From the NCBI GenBank assembly GCA_964537935.1, contig CAZICT010000001.1, positions 134,870 through 198,869 of the forward strand: a stretch of DNA of 64,000 nt. The letters are read 5' to 3'. The notes under the pieces were generated by a model. It ran no database searches. It worked only from the letters and a program-made list of their open reading frames with translations, and was not told the origin of the DNA. A program made the translations under genes and the position numbers. Shown in pieces: positions 1-9,171 of the stretch (the first letter of the stretch is position 1; each line of letters opens with the position of its first letter). The DNA is from an uncultured Candidatus Saccharibacteria bacterium. GTDB taxonomy: Bacteria; Patescibacteriota; Saccharimonadia; Saccharimonadales; CAZICT01.

Positions 1-149
1 CAGAAAAATTGAGCAAAAAATTGAGCGACAAAGATTTGACTGAAATCGCCGAAACGAAAGCTCGAGACATGAATGCCGACGACATTGATGCCATAAAGAA
101 AATGGTTGCCGGTACCGCACGCAGTATGGGTGTTGAGGTAGAAAGCTAG
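1..149 (+). CDS. rplK: 50S ribosomal protein L11, C-terminal fragment (5' end lies left of the window)
   Basis: The frame starting at nt 3 reads ...[37 protein letters not shown], then TAG at 147-149. This is the conserved L11 C-terminus. It sits directly upstream of rplA, as in the canonical L11-L1 operon. Confidence 0.85.
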   Translation, partial: EKLSKKLSDKDLTEIAETKARDMNADDIDAIKKMVAGTARSMGVEVES

Positions 150-217
150 TAACCATTCTGGAAGTCTATTAAATTGTGGAAGGCTAAAAAGCCGCTACTA
201 CCACGAAAGGAGATAAA

Positions 218-1240
218 ATGGCCAAGAATAAATCTAAAGACGAGGTAAAAGCTGATATCGTCGACCAAGAACTAACTGACGTAACCGTCGAGAAGGTAAA
301 AAAGGCTGATCCGAAAGCCAAGAAAGTAATAGAGGAAGGGGCCGACAATGGGAATACTAAAGAAAGCGATCAAGCTGCGATTGAAACAGCTGAAGAACAA
401 GCCGAAGAAGTAAAGACCGCCAAGGCGGGTAAGCGCAGCGCTAAGGCGATCAAAGAGGCTGATGAAAAGCGCGCCAAGGAAGAGCGTAAAGCACTTGACG
501 CCTCAACTGATGAAAAGCCTAAACAGCTGCAGAAACCACCGCGTTCAAAGCTAGAGCGTCGCGGCAAAAATTTCCGTAAAGCCGCTGAGTCTATCGACAA
601 AGACAAGGTTTACTCACTTGCCGAAGCGGTTGAACTCGCCGTAAAGACCAATCCGGTCAAATTTGATGCGACTGTCGAACTGCACGCACGTTTAGGTGTA
701 GACCCTCGTCAAGCTGACCAAAACGTCCGTGATACCGTTGTATTGCCTGCTGGAACCGGTAAATCTGTACGCGTAGCTGTGTTCGCCGACGCAGATGATG
801 CGGCTATTGCTAAAAAAGCCGGCGCCGACATAGCAGCTGGTGATGAATTTCTGCAACAACTAGATAAGGGGACTTTGGATTTCGACGTTTTAATCGCCAC
901 ACCGGCCATGATGCCAAAGCTTGGTAAATACGCGCGAGTTTTAGGCCCTAAGGGTCTGATGCCAAACCCCAAAAGCGGTACTGTGACGACCGATGTTCAA
1001 AAGGCGGTTAGCGAAGCTAAGGCCGGTAAGGTTGAGTATCGGGTTGATAGTACCGGGATAGTTCATGTGGGATTTGGTAAAGTAAGTTTTGGTAAAGAAA
1101 AACTTCTAGATAACGCAAAAACACTGACTGCCAGTATCAAAAGTAATAAGCCCGCAAGCATCAAGGGCAGTTACGTTAAGTCACTTTTTGTAACAACGAC
1201 CATGGGCCCGTCTATCAAAGTCGACATAGCAGAAGTGTAG
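218..1240 (+). CDS. rplA: 50S ribosomal protein L1 with a ~112-aa K/E/A-rich N-terminal extension
   Basis: 340-aa ORF. Residues ~113-340 carry L1 hallmarks (KFDATVELHARLGVDPRQADQNVRDTVVLPAGTGK; LGPKGLMPNPKSGTVT). An AAAGGAG RBS lies 5 nt before the ATG at 218. Confidence 0.95.
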   Translation: MAKNKSKDEVKADIVDQELTDVTVEKVKKADPKAKKVIEEGADNGNTKESDQAAIETAEEQAEEVKTAKAGKRSAKAIKEADEKRAKEERKALDASTDEKPKQLQKPPRSKLERRGKNFRKAAESIDKDKVYSLAEAVELAVKTNPVKFDATVELHARLGVDPRQADQNVRDTVVLPAGTGKSVRVAVFADADDAAIAKKAGADIAAGDEFLQQLDKGTLDFDVLIATPAMMPKLGKYARVLGPKGLMPNPKSGTVTTDVQKAVSEAKAGKVEYRVDSTGIVHVGFGKVSFGKEKLLDNAKTLTASIKSNKPASIKGSYVKSLFVTTTMGPSIKVDIAEV

Positions 1241-1256
1241 CTGTAAAAAACTATCC

Positions 1257-1290
1257 AAAAAAACCGTCAGATTAATATCCGGCGGTTTTT
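1257..1290. terminator. Bidirectional intrinsic terminator between rplA and the convergent ORF
   Basis: AAAAACCGTC (1259-1268) pairs with GGCGGTTTTT (1281-1290), including one G-U pair. An A-run lies on the left and a T-run on the right, so it can act on both strands. Confidence 0.6.
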
Positions 1291-1293
1291 GAT

Positions 1294-1650
1294 TCAGGCA
1301 AAATCAAGCCCGCTATTAACAAGGTTTATGTACGCAATTCTATCAGGGGGAGTACTGGTGATGATTTCCAGTAGGGCGCCTTTATTTTGACTGAGCGTTT
1401 CGATAAACTCACCGATTTGTTCGGTGTTTTTGGGCATGACCTTTGCTTGAGGTAAATTATCAGCCTCTAATCCTAAACCGTCCTGCAGGCTTTCGCTGCT
1501 TCCGTCAGAATAAACGACTTCTATCGTTCCGCTCCTTAGCCAGACCGATCCTAACTTTACAACTTCAGCAAATCGTTGATGTGTCGGGTCAACAACTACC
1601 CCTACGTAACCTTCAACGCACGATTGAGGTTCTTGTGTTTTGTTATTCAT
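1294..1650 (-). CDS. Hypothetical protein (118 aa)
   Basis: The ORF fills the gap between the terminator and the next gene. I recognise no motif. Confidence 0.5.
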   Translation of the reverse strand: MNNKTQEPQSCVEGYVGVVVDPTHQRFAEVVKLGSVWLRSGTIEVVYSDGSSESLQDGLGLEADNLPQAKVMPKNTEQIGEFIETLSQNKGALLEIITSTPPDRIAYINLVNSGLDFA

Positions 1651-1744
1651 CTAACTACTGTATATCATGCTGGGCCGTCAAATAAAATACCGCCCCTTAA
1701 GTTTTATCAGGGGCGGTATGCACGCTTCTACTGCGGGTTGGTTC

Positions 1745-2521
1745 TTAAAAGAATTTGCGGCGGATTGCGTCGACCGCAAAACCAATTATGCTGGTTACAC
1801 CGAATACGGCTGCGGGACTTGCACCAGTATTTGGCAATACAGTAGGAGTGTTATTTTTACCGGTAGTTACTTCGTCAGCAGTTGTGCTTTCAGCAACTTC
1901 ACTTCTTCGCTCTTCTTGATTATTTTGAGCAACAACTTCTTCTTCAGCGTTTTGGTCAACGTCTTCGTTTTCACCAGTATCGGTATTCTCGTCATGGCTG
2001 CTACTTACGTCTTGGTTGGTTTGATGTGAATTTGAGTTGGTAGTAGGGCGTGTGGCAGGCTGTTCGTTAGATTCCTGCTCATCGTCTTCAGTGACTGATG
2101 GTCGGGTGTATGGAGCAGGAGTATTTATGTTTACCGCAAAATCATTACACTTACTGAAGCGATCGCTATTTTTCTCCTGTACCCAGGCTTTTACTACGTA
2201 TTTACCTGGCTGGGCAAAGCGAATTCGACGGCTGGATACATCTTTTTTCGTTGTAGTACCTGGAATTAATACATCATTAGAGCTGTAGACTGCAAAGGTA
2301 TATTCGAGTCGATCACGACTTACGCCGTTTCGGTCATAAGCCAAAGTAAAATCCCATGTTAGCTCACCTACCTTAGCGCTATTTGGACCGCCACTAAGTT
2401 TTTTACAGACCGCCATTTCTGGTATTGGGCGGGTAAATTGAGCAGCAGCACTAGGAGCATGTACCCCTGTGGCTATCACAGTGGCTACTAGAGCTCCGAT
2501 GACAACTTTAGTGAATTTCAT
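1745..2521 (-). CDS. LPXTG-anchored cell-surface protein
   Basis: The ORF track gives 1745-2578. I start at the internal ATG (2519-2521) because a GAGGTAGAG RBS precedes it and it opens a signal peptide (MKFTKVVIGALVATVIATGVHAPSAAAQ). The C-terminus is a sortase sorting signal: LPNTG, a hydrophobic stretch, then RRKFF. Confidence 0.75.
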   Translation of the reverse strand: MKFTKVVIGALVATVIATGVHAPSAAAQFTRPIPEMAVCKKLSGGPNSAKVGELTWDFTLAYDRNGVSRDRLEYTFAVYSSNDVLIPGTTTKKDVSSRRIRFAQPGKYVVKAWVQEKNSDRFSKCNDFAVNINTPAPYTRPSVTEDDEQESNEQPATRPTTNSNSHQTNQDVSSSHDENTDTGENEDVDQNAEEEVVAQNNQEERRSEVAESTTADEVTTGKNNTPTVLPNTGASPAAVFGVTSIIGFAVDAIRRKFF

Positions 2522-2644
2522 AAGTTTCTCTACCTCAGTTAAAAGCAACATATTAGCATAAGTTTTTAATAATGTCAATAACTTTATATAATTACAATCA
2601 ACCTGCTTACGTTTTATTCCTGGGCAATGTATACTTAAGACTAT

Positions 2645-3400
2645 ATGATTCTACTTGGTATGACCGGGCCTATTAGCCACGGTAAAAGTACATTTGCTAA
2701 TGCCATGCACGAGCTGGAACCGCTTATGATCCACTTGGAGTCCAGTATCGTAATCGCCAGGGTGGCCAACGCATTGCATGCGGTTATGCAGCAGGTTCCT
2801 GACCCTTATGACATTGACCAGCTAAACAAGTGGCTTAAAGAGTTGCCGCCAATTCTAATGGATACGGTTCATGCAACCTGTACCTATGACCAGATTAAGC
2901 TTGATCCTGTACAGATAGAACAGCATCCTGTGGAATATCAAAAGCTAATTATGCACGTCGAGAACTTGCAGCGAAATCCACAGTTGGCACGCCAGGCAAT
3001 TACGCTTGATAACAAAGAGACATATCGTCCGATTCTGCAGTGGCTAGGGGGATATTTGGTACAGAAAGTTGATCCCGGTGTCTGGTATAACGAGATATCA
3101 AGGATGGTGCACGACGCAAAAACCACCGGTGCAAAGCTTTGTATCGTAGGAGGTTTGAGATATCCAACGGATGCGGCAATTCTACGGCATTCAGGCGGTA
3201 TTATTCTCAAAATTTACCGCCCAGGCCATTTGCAGGCCGATATGCTTGACCCGACAGAGCGTGAGCGCGACAACATCCAGGTAGACACCACGATCATGAG
3301 TAACGGTACTGTAGAAGACGTCAAGCGCTGTGCCGCACAAATTCTTGAGGATCTTCGGAATAATGACCTAAAAGTACTGTATCAGACGGTAAATGCTTAA
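2645..3400 (+). CDS. P-loop nucleotide/nucleoside kinase-like protein, substrate unknown
   Basis: N-terminal Walker A (GMTGPISHGKST). The size and layout resemble small dNMP-kinase or dephospho-CoA-kinase type P-loop kinases. I see no further diagnostic motif. Confidence 0.6.
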   Translation: MILLGMTGPISHGKSTFANAMHELEPLMIHLESSIVIARVANALHAVMQQVPDPYDIDQLNKWLKELPPILMDTVHATCTYDQIKLDPVQIEQHPVEYQKLIMHVENLQRNPQLARQAITLDNKETYRPILQWLGGYLVQKVDPGVWYNEISRMVHDAKTTGAKLCIVGGLRYPTDAAILRHSGGIILKIYRPGHLQADMLDPTERERDNIQVDTTIMSNGTVEDVKRCAAQILEDLRNNDLKVLYQTVNA

Positions 3401-3429
3401 TTTTGTGTTATATTTTTCTTTAAGGAAGA

Positions 3430-4257
3430 ATGATTATGCAAAGTATAGAGGTACAGCAAGCTAGCGCCATCAGAGAGTTGGTGTACGACACTCATTCCTT
3501 TGACGAAATTGCCGAACGTTATGGCAATCATTACGATAGTATTATTTACGACCCTCTCACCGACACAGAAGCGTCAGAGCGACTACTAAGCAACGTTAAA
3601 CAGTGGAAAGAAGCAAACGCAACCGTTGTGTTTACTTCAGGAGTATACGATTTAATCCATCTTGACCATAAAGGCTACCTGCTGCACGCCAAACTTGCTG
3701 GCGCACAGTATCACTATGAAAAATATTATCAAAGACATAATGAAGAGTGGCAAAAGCTTAGTATAGCTGATCGGCGTAAGCTCTCTGACGAATTCCTATT
3801 TAGCAACCAATTGCGGCTTATCGTTAGTGTTGACGGCGATAATAGTGTTGCCAAACGGAAGAGTAATGACATTCAAAAGGGAAAATCAAGTAGACCGATC
3901 ACAGGCTGGCTTACCCGTGCGCGCTCGATAGCTGATGTAACTATCCCTATCAGCTCTAGGGGTGATTGGATTCGCATGCCAGTTGTCGATGCTATAACAA
4001 TGCATGGCCCTGAAGACTTTCCAATAGAAAGCTCACACGCATCGTTAATCAATCTCGCAAGTGAACTGCAACCAGACGTATGGACGATATTCGAAGAATC
4101 TGAAGATATTACCAGTGCTGCACCATATGTGGCGTCTCTAGGAAATGTAGCTTTGCGCTGCATTGCGATGGGTGATGGCTCACGATATTTCACTGATCCA
4201 ATTTTGGGAAAGTTTAGTACAACAGCTTTCGTAAAACGCTTTAAGGGAGAAATATGA
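3430..4257 (+). CDS. Nucleotidyltransferase (cytidylyltransferase / RfaE-domain-II-like family)
   Basis: A variant HxGH signature (TSGVYDLIHLDHKGYL), an RfaE-II-like block (LRLIVSVDGDNSVAKRK...SRPI) and a C-terminal FSTTAFVKRF (ISxT-like). With the AAGGAAG RBS, the ATG at 3436 is better spaced than the one at 3430. Confidence 0.65.
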   Translation: MIMQSIEVQQASAIRELVYDTHSFDEIAERYGNHYDSIIYDPLTDTEASERLLSNVKQWKEANATVVFTSGVYDLIHLDHKGYLLHAKLAGAQYHYEKYYQRHNEEWQKLSIADRRKLSDEFLFSNQLRLIVSVDGDNSVAKRKSNDIQKGKSSRPITGWLTRARSIADVTIPISSRGDWIRMPVVDAITMHGPEDFPIESSHASLINLASELQPDVWTIFEESEDITSAAPYVASLGNVALRCIAMGDGSRYFTDPILGKFSTTAFVKRFKGEI

Positions 4258-4697
4258 CTGCGCAGCGTTCACGCAAAGAAGAAAAGATATACAAACACTA
4301 TCAAAAAAAACGCGAACAGAATGGCGAGAAAAACAGCTGCGCCTTTTGTGTACTACAGCCAGATAGCAGTCAAATAGTTAAGCAAACAGTTCACTTTAGA
4401 GTTGTCAAAAATATTTTCCCTTATTCGCTTTGGGATGGCCAACCAGTAGAAGATCACCTGATGATCGTTCCTTTACGTCACACTAATAAATTAGGCAATC
4501 TTCCAGCAGCTGCAACTAAAGAGTTCGTTAAACTTCTGAATGAATATGAAGACAAACGCTATAACATCTATGCGCGAGCGCCGGCTTCGATTATTAAGTC
4601 CGTAACTCACCAACATACACACTTGATAAAGCCACAAGGCAAGAGCCGACGATTTGTGTTGTTTAGCCGTAAGCCATATATACGCGTTAGCTTTTGA
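4254..4697 (+). CDS. HIT (histidine triad) family protein
   Basis: Histidine triad HQHTHLI near the C-terminus and an N-terminal CAFC. It overlaps the upstream gene by 4 nt (ATGA), which suggests translational coupling. Confidence 0.7.
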   Translation: MTAQRSRKEEKIYKHYQKKREQNGEKNSCAFCVLQPDSSQIVKQTVHFRVVKNIFPYSLWDGQPVEDHLMIVPLRHTNKLGNLPAAATKEFVKLLNEYEDKRYNIYARAPASIIKSVTHQHTHLIKPQGKSRRFVLFSRKPYIRVSF

Positions 4698-4747
4698 TTA
4701 TTAGCCTTGCCCTTAGCTTATTTATTCTTACTAATATGATTTCAAGG

Positions 4748-5392
4748 CTAACGAAGAATCAAATCCTCTTCGGCGTATTCAGCTACTGAGGATAATATGT
4801 CAGATGTGTCTGGCATAGATACATAAGGTGCACGCACAAAGTGTTCTCGGCAACGAGCCTGATATTCATAGGTACCGTCTTCAGGCACAAGGCTCGGCAG
4901 CTCACCTAAAACCAGTTGTCCTTTGTGGAGAATTTGACTAAACTGCGCATTGTACTGTTTACAGCAGTCACACACTGCTTTTTTATCAATTACTTCATCG
5001 GGTTTTAGCTCAAACAACCGCTTCATGATGGGCATCATGAGACCCCGATAATCTAAATCCAGTCCAGCAACCACAACTTCTTTATTGCAAGCAAGCCAAC
5101 CAGCAACTATCGTAGCGTTCTCGGGTTTAAACATGTTTATTTCATCTACACCAATAGCATCAAAGTCTTCAGTGATTTCAGCAAGGCTCGCTACTTTAAT
5201 TGCCGGGACCCTTACTCCATTTCTCGATATAATTCCATCATCACGAACGTTCTCGTCAGACTGCGCATAAACAACTTCCATATTGGAATGTTCAAGTGGA
5301 GAAACACGAGCGATAAGCTCCATAGACTTGCCGCTCTTCATTGGTCCGGTTATTACTGTCAAAGGCATCGCTAGAAATATACCAACATTCAA
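4748..5392 (-). CDS. tdk: Thymidine kinase
   Basis: Walker A GPMKSGKSMELI and C-terminal zinc-ligand Cys pairs (CDCC ... ARCREH), as in type II TK. The true start may be the internal Met at 5368 (MPLTVITGPMKSGKS). Confidence 0.9.
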   Translation of the reverse strand: MNVGIFLAMPLTVITGPMKSGKSMELIARVSPLEHSNMEVVYAQSDENVRDDGIISRNGVRVPAIKVASLAEITEDFDAIGVDEINMFKPENATIVAGWLACNKEVVVAGLDLDYRGLMMPIMKRLFELKPDEVIDKKAVCDCCKQYNAQFSQILHKGQLVLGELPSLVPEDGTYEYQARCREHFVRAPYVSMPDTSDILSSVAEYAEEDLILR

Positions 5393-5480
5393 CCAAAAAT
5401 ACAGTTGTAATTTATGCGTTTATGCTTGCTCATACTTTTGACTATAAGTACACTATAATTCAAAAGTGAGAGGGAGCGAA

Positions 5481-6176
5481 GTGGATAGCGCGGGTGTATA
5501 TAGTAATAGCCAGATCAGAGCTGCAATTAAAGACGGCCACATAGTATTTCATCCATATGTTGACAAACATATCGCAGGTAGCAGTATTGATGTTACGCTT
5601 GGCTATTGGTTCTACAGAACCGAACGCAAAAGTAATGGGGGATTTTATAATCCTTTTGACGAGGCAGATGTAGGTCGTTATTTCGATGGACCGTACCATG
5701 CAGATATACACGAGCTTTGGGCAGAAAAATACGGCCGCAAATTATTTGATGGCATACCTGCCGATCATCCGATAATCGTGCTTAGGCCAGGCGAAAGAAT
5801 ATTAGCCCATACACATGAATTTATCGGAATCAAAGCACCTGGCACAAGCACTATGCAGGCTAGGAGCACTTGGGGGAGAAACGGTGTTGCTGTCTGTCTT
5901 GATGCTGGTTGGGGTGACCCGGGATACATCAATCGCTGGACTATGGAAATCTATAATATGAACCAACATGAAAGTGTGGTTTTGCCAGTTGGTGAGCGAA
6001 TTGCACAAGTTGTGTTTTATCACACTGGCCCTGTTGAAGGTGAATATTCTCAAATTAGTGGCAAATATCAATCCGCCGACGATGATAGCCTTGTTTCATT
6101 GATACGCAATTGGCGCCCGGAACAAATGCTGCCACGAGCTTATAAAGATAAACGTCAAAAGCCAAAGGAGATATAG
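5481..6176 (+). CDS. dcd: dCTP deaminase (dUTPase superfamily)
   Basis: Dcd-like N-terminus (SNSQIRAAIKDGHIVFHPYVDKHIAGSSIDVTLG). The ORF track starts at GTG 5466. I prefer GTG 5481, which lies 4 nt after GAGAGGGAG. Confidence 0.85.
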   Translation: MDSAGVYSNSQIRAAIKDGHIVFHPYVDKHIAGSSIDVTLGYWFYRTERKSNGGFYNPFDEADVGRYFDGPYHADIHELWAEKYGRKLFDGIPADHPIIVLRPGERILAHTHEFIGIKAPGTSTMQARSTWGRNGVAVCLDAGWGDPGYINRWTMEIYNMNQHESVVLPVGERIAQVVFYHTGPVEGEYSQISGKYQSADDDSLVSLIRNWRPEQMLPRAYKDKRQKPKEI

Positions 6177-6181
6177 CAACC

Positions 6182-6784
6182 ATGAGGGGTAAGTACATAA
6201 TAATTGAAGGCGGGGAGTATACCGGCAAGTCAACCCAGGCAGCACTTTTGGCAGAATCGATTGGAGCAGTACAAGTCCGTGAGCCAGGCGGTACAGAAAT
6301 AGGGGAAAGGGTACGTGACCTTTTACTTGATAAAGATCTGAATAAAACCCCTTTAACGCAATCCTTATTATTTGCAGCTCAGCGATCTGAACTTGCAGAC
6401 ACAATCATAAGGCCCTCACTTAAAAAAGGACGCGACGTGGTATCGGACAGAAGTTGGATATCAACAGCTGCTTATCAGAGCGTCGATGGTGTTCCTATTT
6501 CTACGATTGAATCAATAAATTCCATTGCGTTAAATGAATTGATACGCCCTGATTTGTGCATCATTCTTGACGGAGATCCAAATGTGCTTATTGATCGAGC
6601 CATTAAGGCCGGGAAAACTGCTGATTTTTATGAGAGCAAAGAGCTTTTGTTTCATGAGAATCTCCGCGAAAATTATCAAAAAGTTGGACAGCTCGTAGGG
6701 GCAGTTACGCTTAGTGCTGTTGGAGATATTGAAGATATCAGTTCAGAGATTAGAAGAACAGTTACAGAAAAGCTTGGAATATAA
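6182..6784 (+). CDS. tmk: Thymidylate kinase
   Basis: Intact P-loop IIIEGGEYTGKSTQ, REPGGT, LLFAAQRSE and DRSWISTAAYQ motifs. A GGAG RBS is present. Confidence 0.9.
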   Translation: MRGKYIIIEGGEYTGKSTQAALLAESIGAVQVREPGGTEIGERVRDLLLDKDLNKTPLTQSLLFAAQRSELADTIIRPSLKKGRDVVSDRSWISTAAYQSVDGVPISTIESINSIALNELIRPDLCIILDGDPNVLIDRAIKAGKTADFYESKELLFHENLRENYQKVGQLVGAVTLSAVGDIEDISSEIRRTVTEKLGI

Positions 6785-6843
6785 ATATTATGTCTTGGCG
6801 CATATGTCAACACTTAAGAAATTAGCATAAAAAGGCTTAGAAA

Positions 6844-9168
6844 ATGGATAAAGGTCTATTTATTGCAATCGAGGGCATAGAGGGTCAGACTAAAGATGCT
6901 CAGTATAGAATTCTTAAAAAAAGACTCACTGAAAATGAATATGACCTTGTTGAATTTAGGTTCCCTCAATACAGTGAAGAATCGAGCTTCTTTACTCGTG
7001 AATATTTGAGCGGCAAATATGGAAACATTGACGATGTAAGTCCGTATGTCGGTTCGCTTTTTGCGGCTCTTGACAGATATCACGCTTCTTTTGAAATCAA
7101 AAAGGCTTTATCAGAGAACAAAATAGTGTTGTGCAGCAATTACACAGGTTGCAGCATGGCGCTTCAAGGAGTGAAATTCCAGAATCCTGAAGAACGTCGC
7201 GGTTATTTTATCTGGCTCGATAACCTTGAGTTTCAAGTTATGCAGCTCCCAAGACCGGATATTAATTTCGTATTGATGGAATCTGCGACTGAACATGGCA
7301 GTCAGCTTCCTATTAACTCCAAGAAAGATAAAGAGCTTAGCCCTCCACTTAGAGCTAACAGGCCGGAAGTGAAAAACATACTCAATGTATATAGCGATTT
7401 GTGTACCCTATTTCCTAAAGACTTCATTCGAATTGACAGCATACGATCTAATAGAGTGCTGTCAGATAGTGATATAAGTGATCTAATTTGGAAAACCCTG
7501 GAATCATCATTGCCGCTTAATAGTAAAAGAAAGGGAAAAGGTAACGTAATGGAAGTGTCAGGCCAAGTCGGAGTAGAAAATCCATATATAATCCGCACAG
7601 AAGAAGGGCTGAAGAGAACTCCTGAGGGAGAGAACTTTTTAGAAGAAGCTGTTACTAATACCAGTGGAAATGTATACGCATTTACGGACAGACTTGGTTC
7701 GCTTACCATTGCTGCAGCAATGGCCAGGCTTTCCAGGAATCCCCATGATATGCGTGATGTGATTCTTGACGAATTCGCTCCCCACGAAGGCAAAGATGAA
7801 GATTTATTAAGACGCGTTATTACAGCCTATGGTGATGATTCTGTGCAGCAACTGGTTGGACAACATTTAGTCGTCGAGGGAGCTAGCAATTTACTAACCA
7901 AGCAGCTTGAATGGGGAAGATTAGCCGCCTATTTAGAGCAGTCAACTCGTTATATATATTTTGACCAAAAAGATAAAGACGGACATTTCAAATACTTCAC
8001 TCCGGAGCAATTAGATAAAAAGACAACCCTGACATACGAAAAGGCTATGGATACTATCTTTGACGCCTATTCAGAGATGGTCCACCAATTAACTGACTAC
8101 TTAAAAAAGACATCTTCTACTCCAGAGGATGAACGTGACGGCGCTTGGAAAGCAGCTATACGTGCCCAGGCATGTGACGCTATAAGGCCAGTTCTTCCCG
8201 TTGCGACCAAGTCAACCGTTGGTATATTTGCCAGTGGGCAGGCACTTGAGGCAATGATTATGCGTCTGCGCTCAAGTGAAAGCCAAGAAGCCCGAGAAAC
8301 AGGATCAAAACTTTTGGAAGAGGCCAGAAAGGTTATACCTACATTCCTCGAACGCGCCGACAAACCGGACAGAGGCGGTGCTACAACTGCTTACCTCTCA
8401 GAAACCCGATCGCAGGTCCAAAGTCTTGCAGAGCGCTTTTTACCAGAAACTCACTCTAGCAACACAGAGGCTGTTAACCTTGTGAATGCAACCCCGAGGA
8501 ACGAACTGGAACTGGTGCCTCATATGCTTTACGAGTCCAGCACGCTCTCACTTGAAGAAATAAAGAAGGCAGTCGACACATTATCTTTAGCTGATAAAAC
8601 TGAAATATTTAACGCCTATATGGGGGAACGGCTTAACAGGCGTCATCGACCGGGTCGGGCTATAGAGCTTGCACACTATTCCTGGGATTTAGTGTGTGAT
8701 TATGGAATTTTTAGAGATCTACAGAGGCACAGAATGGTTGATGAGCTCGAGTGGCAAGCATTAACCCCTAGGTACGGATATGAAATACCGAGATTAGTAG
8801 AAGAGGCGGGATTAAGCGACTTATTTGAGCAATGTTTTGATATATCAGCCAAGCTCTATTCATCGCTACAAGCTGCCGGTTATGAGTACGAAGCACAGTA
8901 TGCGACGCTCCTAGGACATAAAATGCGCTGGAAGGTCACTTACAATGCGAGGGAAGCGTTTCATTTGCATGAGCTGCGTACCAGCCCGCAAGGACACCCT
9001 GGGTATCGAAAGCTTGTTAACCAAATGCACGAAAAATTAGCAGAAGTCCACCCGCTTATGGCGGAGGCTATGAAGTTTGTTAACCGGGGCGAAGATCCTG
9101 AACTGGCTAGGCTTGCTGCCGAAAGATATACCCAATTCAAGCTCAATCAGTTCACAGAAAAATCTTAG
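6844..9168 (+). CDS. thyX: Fusion protein: thymidylate-kinase-like domain with a degenerate P-loop, plus a tandem FAD-dependent thymidylate synthase (ThyX)
   Basis: Residues 1-~230 follow the Tmk layout (LFIAIEGIEGQTKDAQ, FAALDRYHA, RPDINFVL). Residues ~250-774 form two ThyX-like halves. The second keeps the RHR signature (DLQRHRM ... LHELRTSPQGHPGYR). The first is degenerate (ARLSRNPHD). Confidence 0.8.
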   Translation: MDKGLFIAIEGIEGQTKDAQYRILKKRLTENEYDLVEFRFPQYSEESSFFTREYLSGKYGNIDDVSPYVGSLFAALDRYHASFEIKKALSENKIVLCSNYTGCSMALQGVKFQNPEERRGYFIWLDNLEFQVMQLPRPDINFVLMESATEHGSQLPINSKKDKELSPPLRANRPEVKNILNVYSDLCTLFPKDFIRIDSIRSNRVLSDSDISDLIWKTLESSLPLNSKRKGKGNVMEVSGQVGVENPYIIRTEEGLKRTPEGENFLEEAVTNTSGNVYAFTDRLGSLTIAAAMARLSRNPHDMRDVILDEFAPHEGKDEDLLRRVITAYGDDSVQQLVGQHLVVEGASNLLTKQLEWGRLAAYLEQSTRYIYFDQKDKDGHFKYFTPEQLDKKTTLTYEKAMDTIFDAYSEMVHQLTDYLKKTSSTPEDERDGAWKAAIRAQACDAIRPVLPVATKSTVGIFASGQALEAMIMRLRSSESQEARETGSKLLEEARKVIPTFLERADKPDRGGATTAYLSETRSQVQSLAERFLPETHSSNTEAVNLVNATPRNELELVPHMLYESSTLSLEEIKKAVDTLSLADKTEIFNAYMGERLNRRHRPGRAIELAHYSWDLVCDYGIFRDLQRHRMVDELEWQALTPRYGYEIPRLVEEAGLSDLFEQCFDISAKLYSSLQAAGYEYEAQYATLLGHKMRWKVTYNAREAFHLHELRTSPQGHPGYRKLVNQMHEKLAEVHPLMAEAMKFVNRGEDPELARLAAERYTQFKLNQFTEKS

Positions 9169-9171
9169 CGA

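Noticed and set aside
7302-7793. 163-aa antisense ORF inside the Tmk-like-ThyX gene. Similar shadow ORFs occur at 13626-14045, 45319-45666, 45922-46263, 47150-47566 and 48319-48669.
   Set aside because: All are embedded opposite genes with unambiguous conserved motifs (thyX, dnaX, atpG, atpA, atpF). None has a start context or a recognisable domain.
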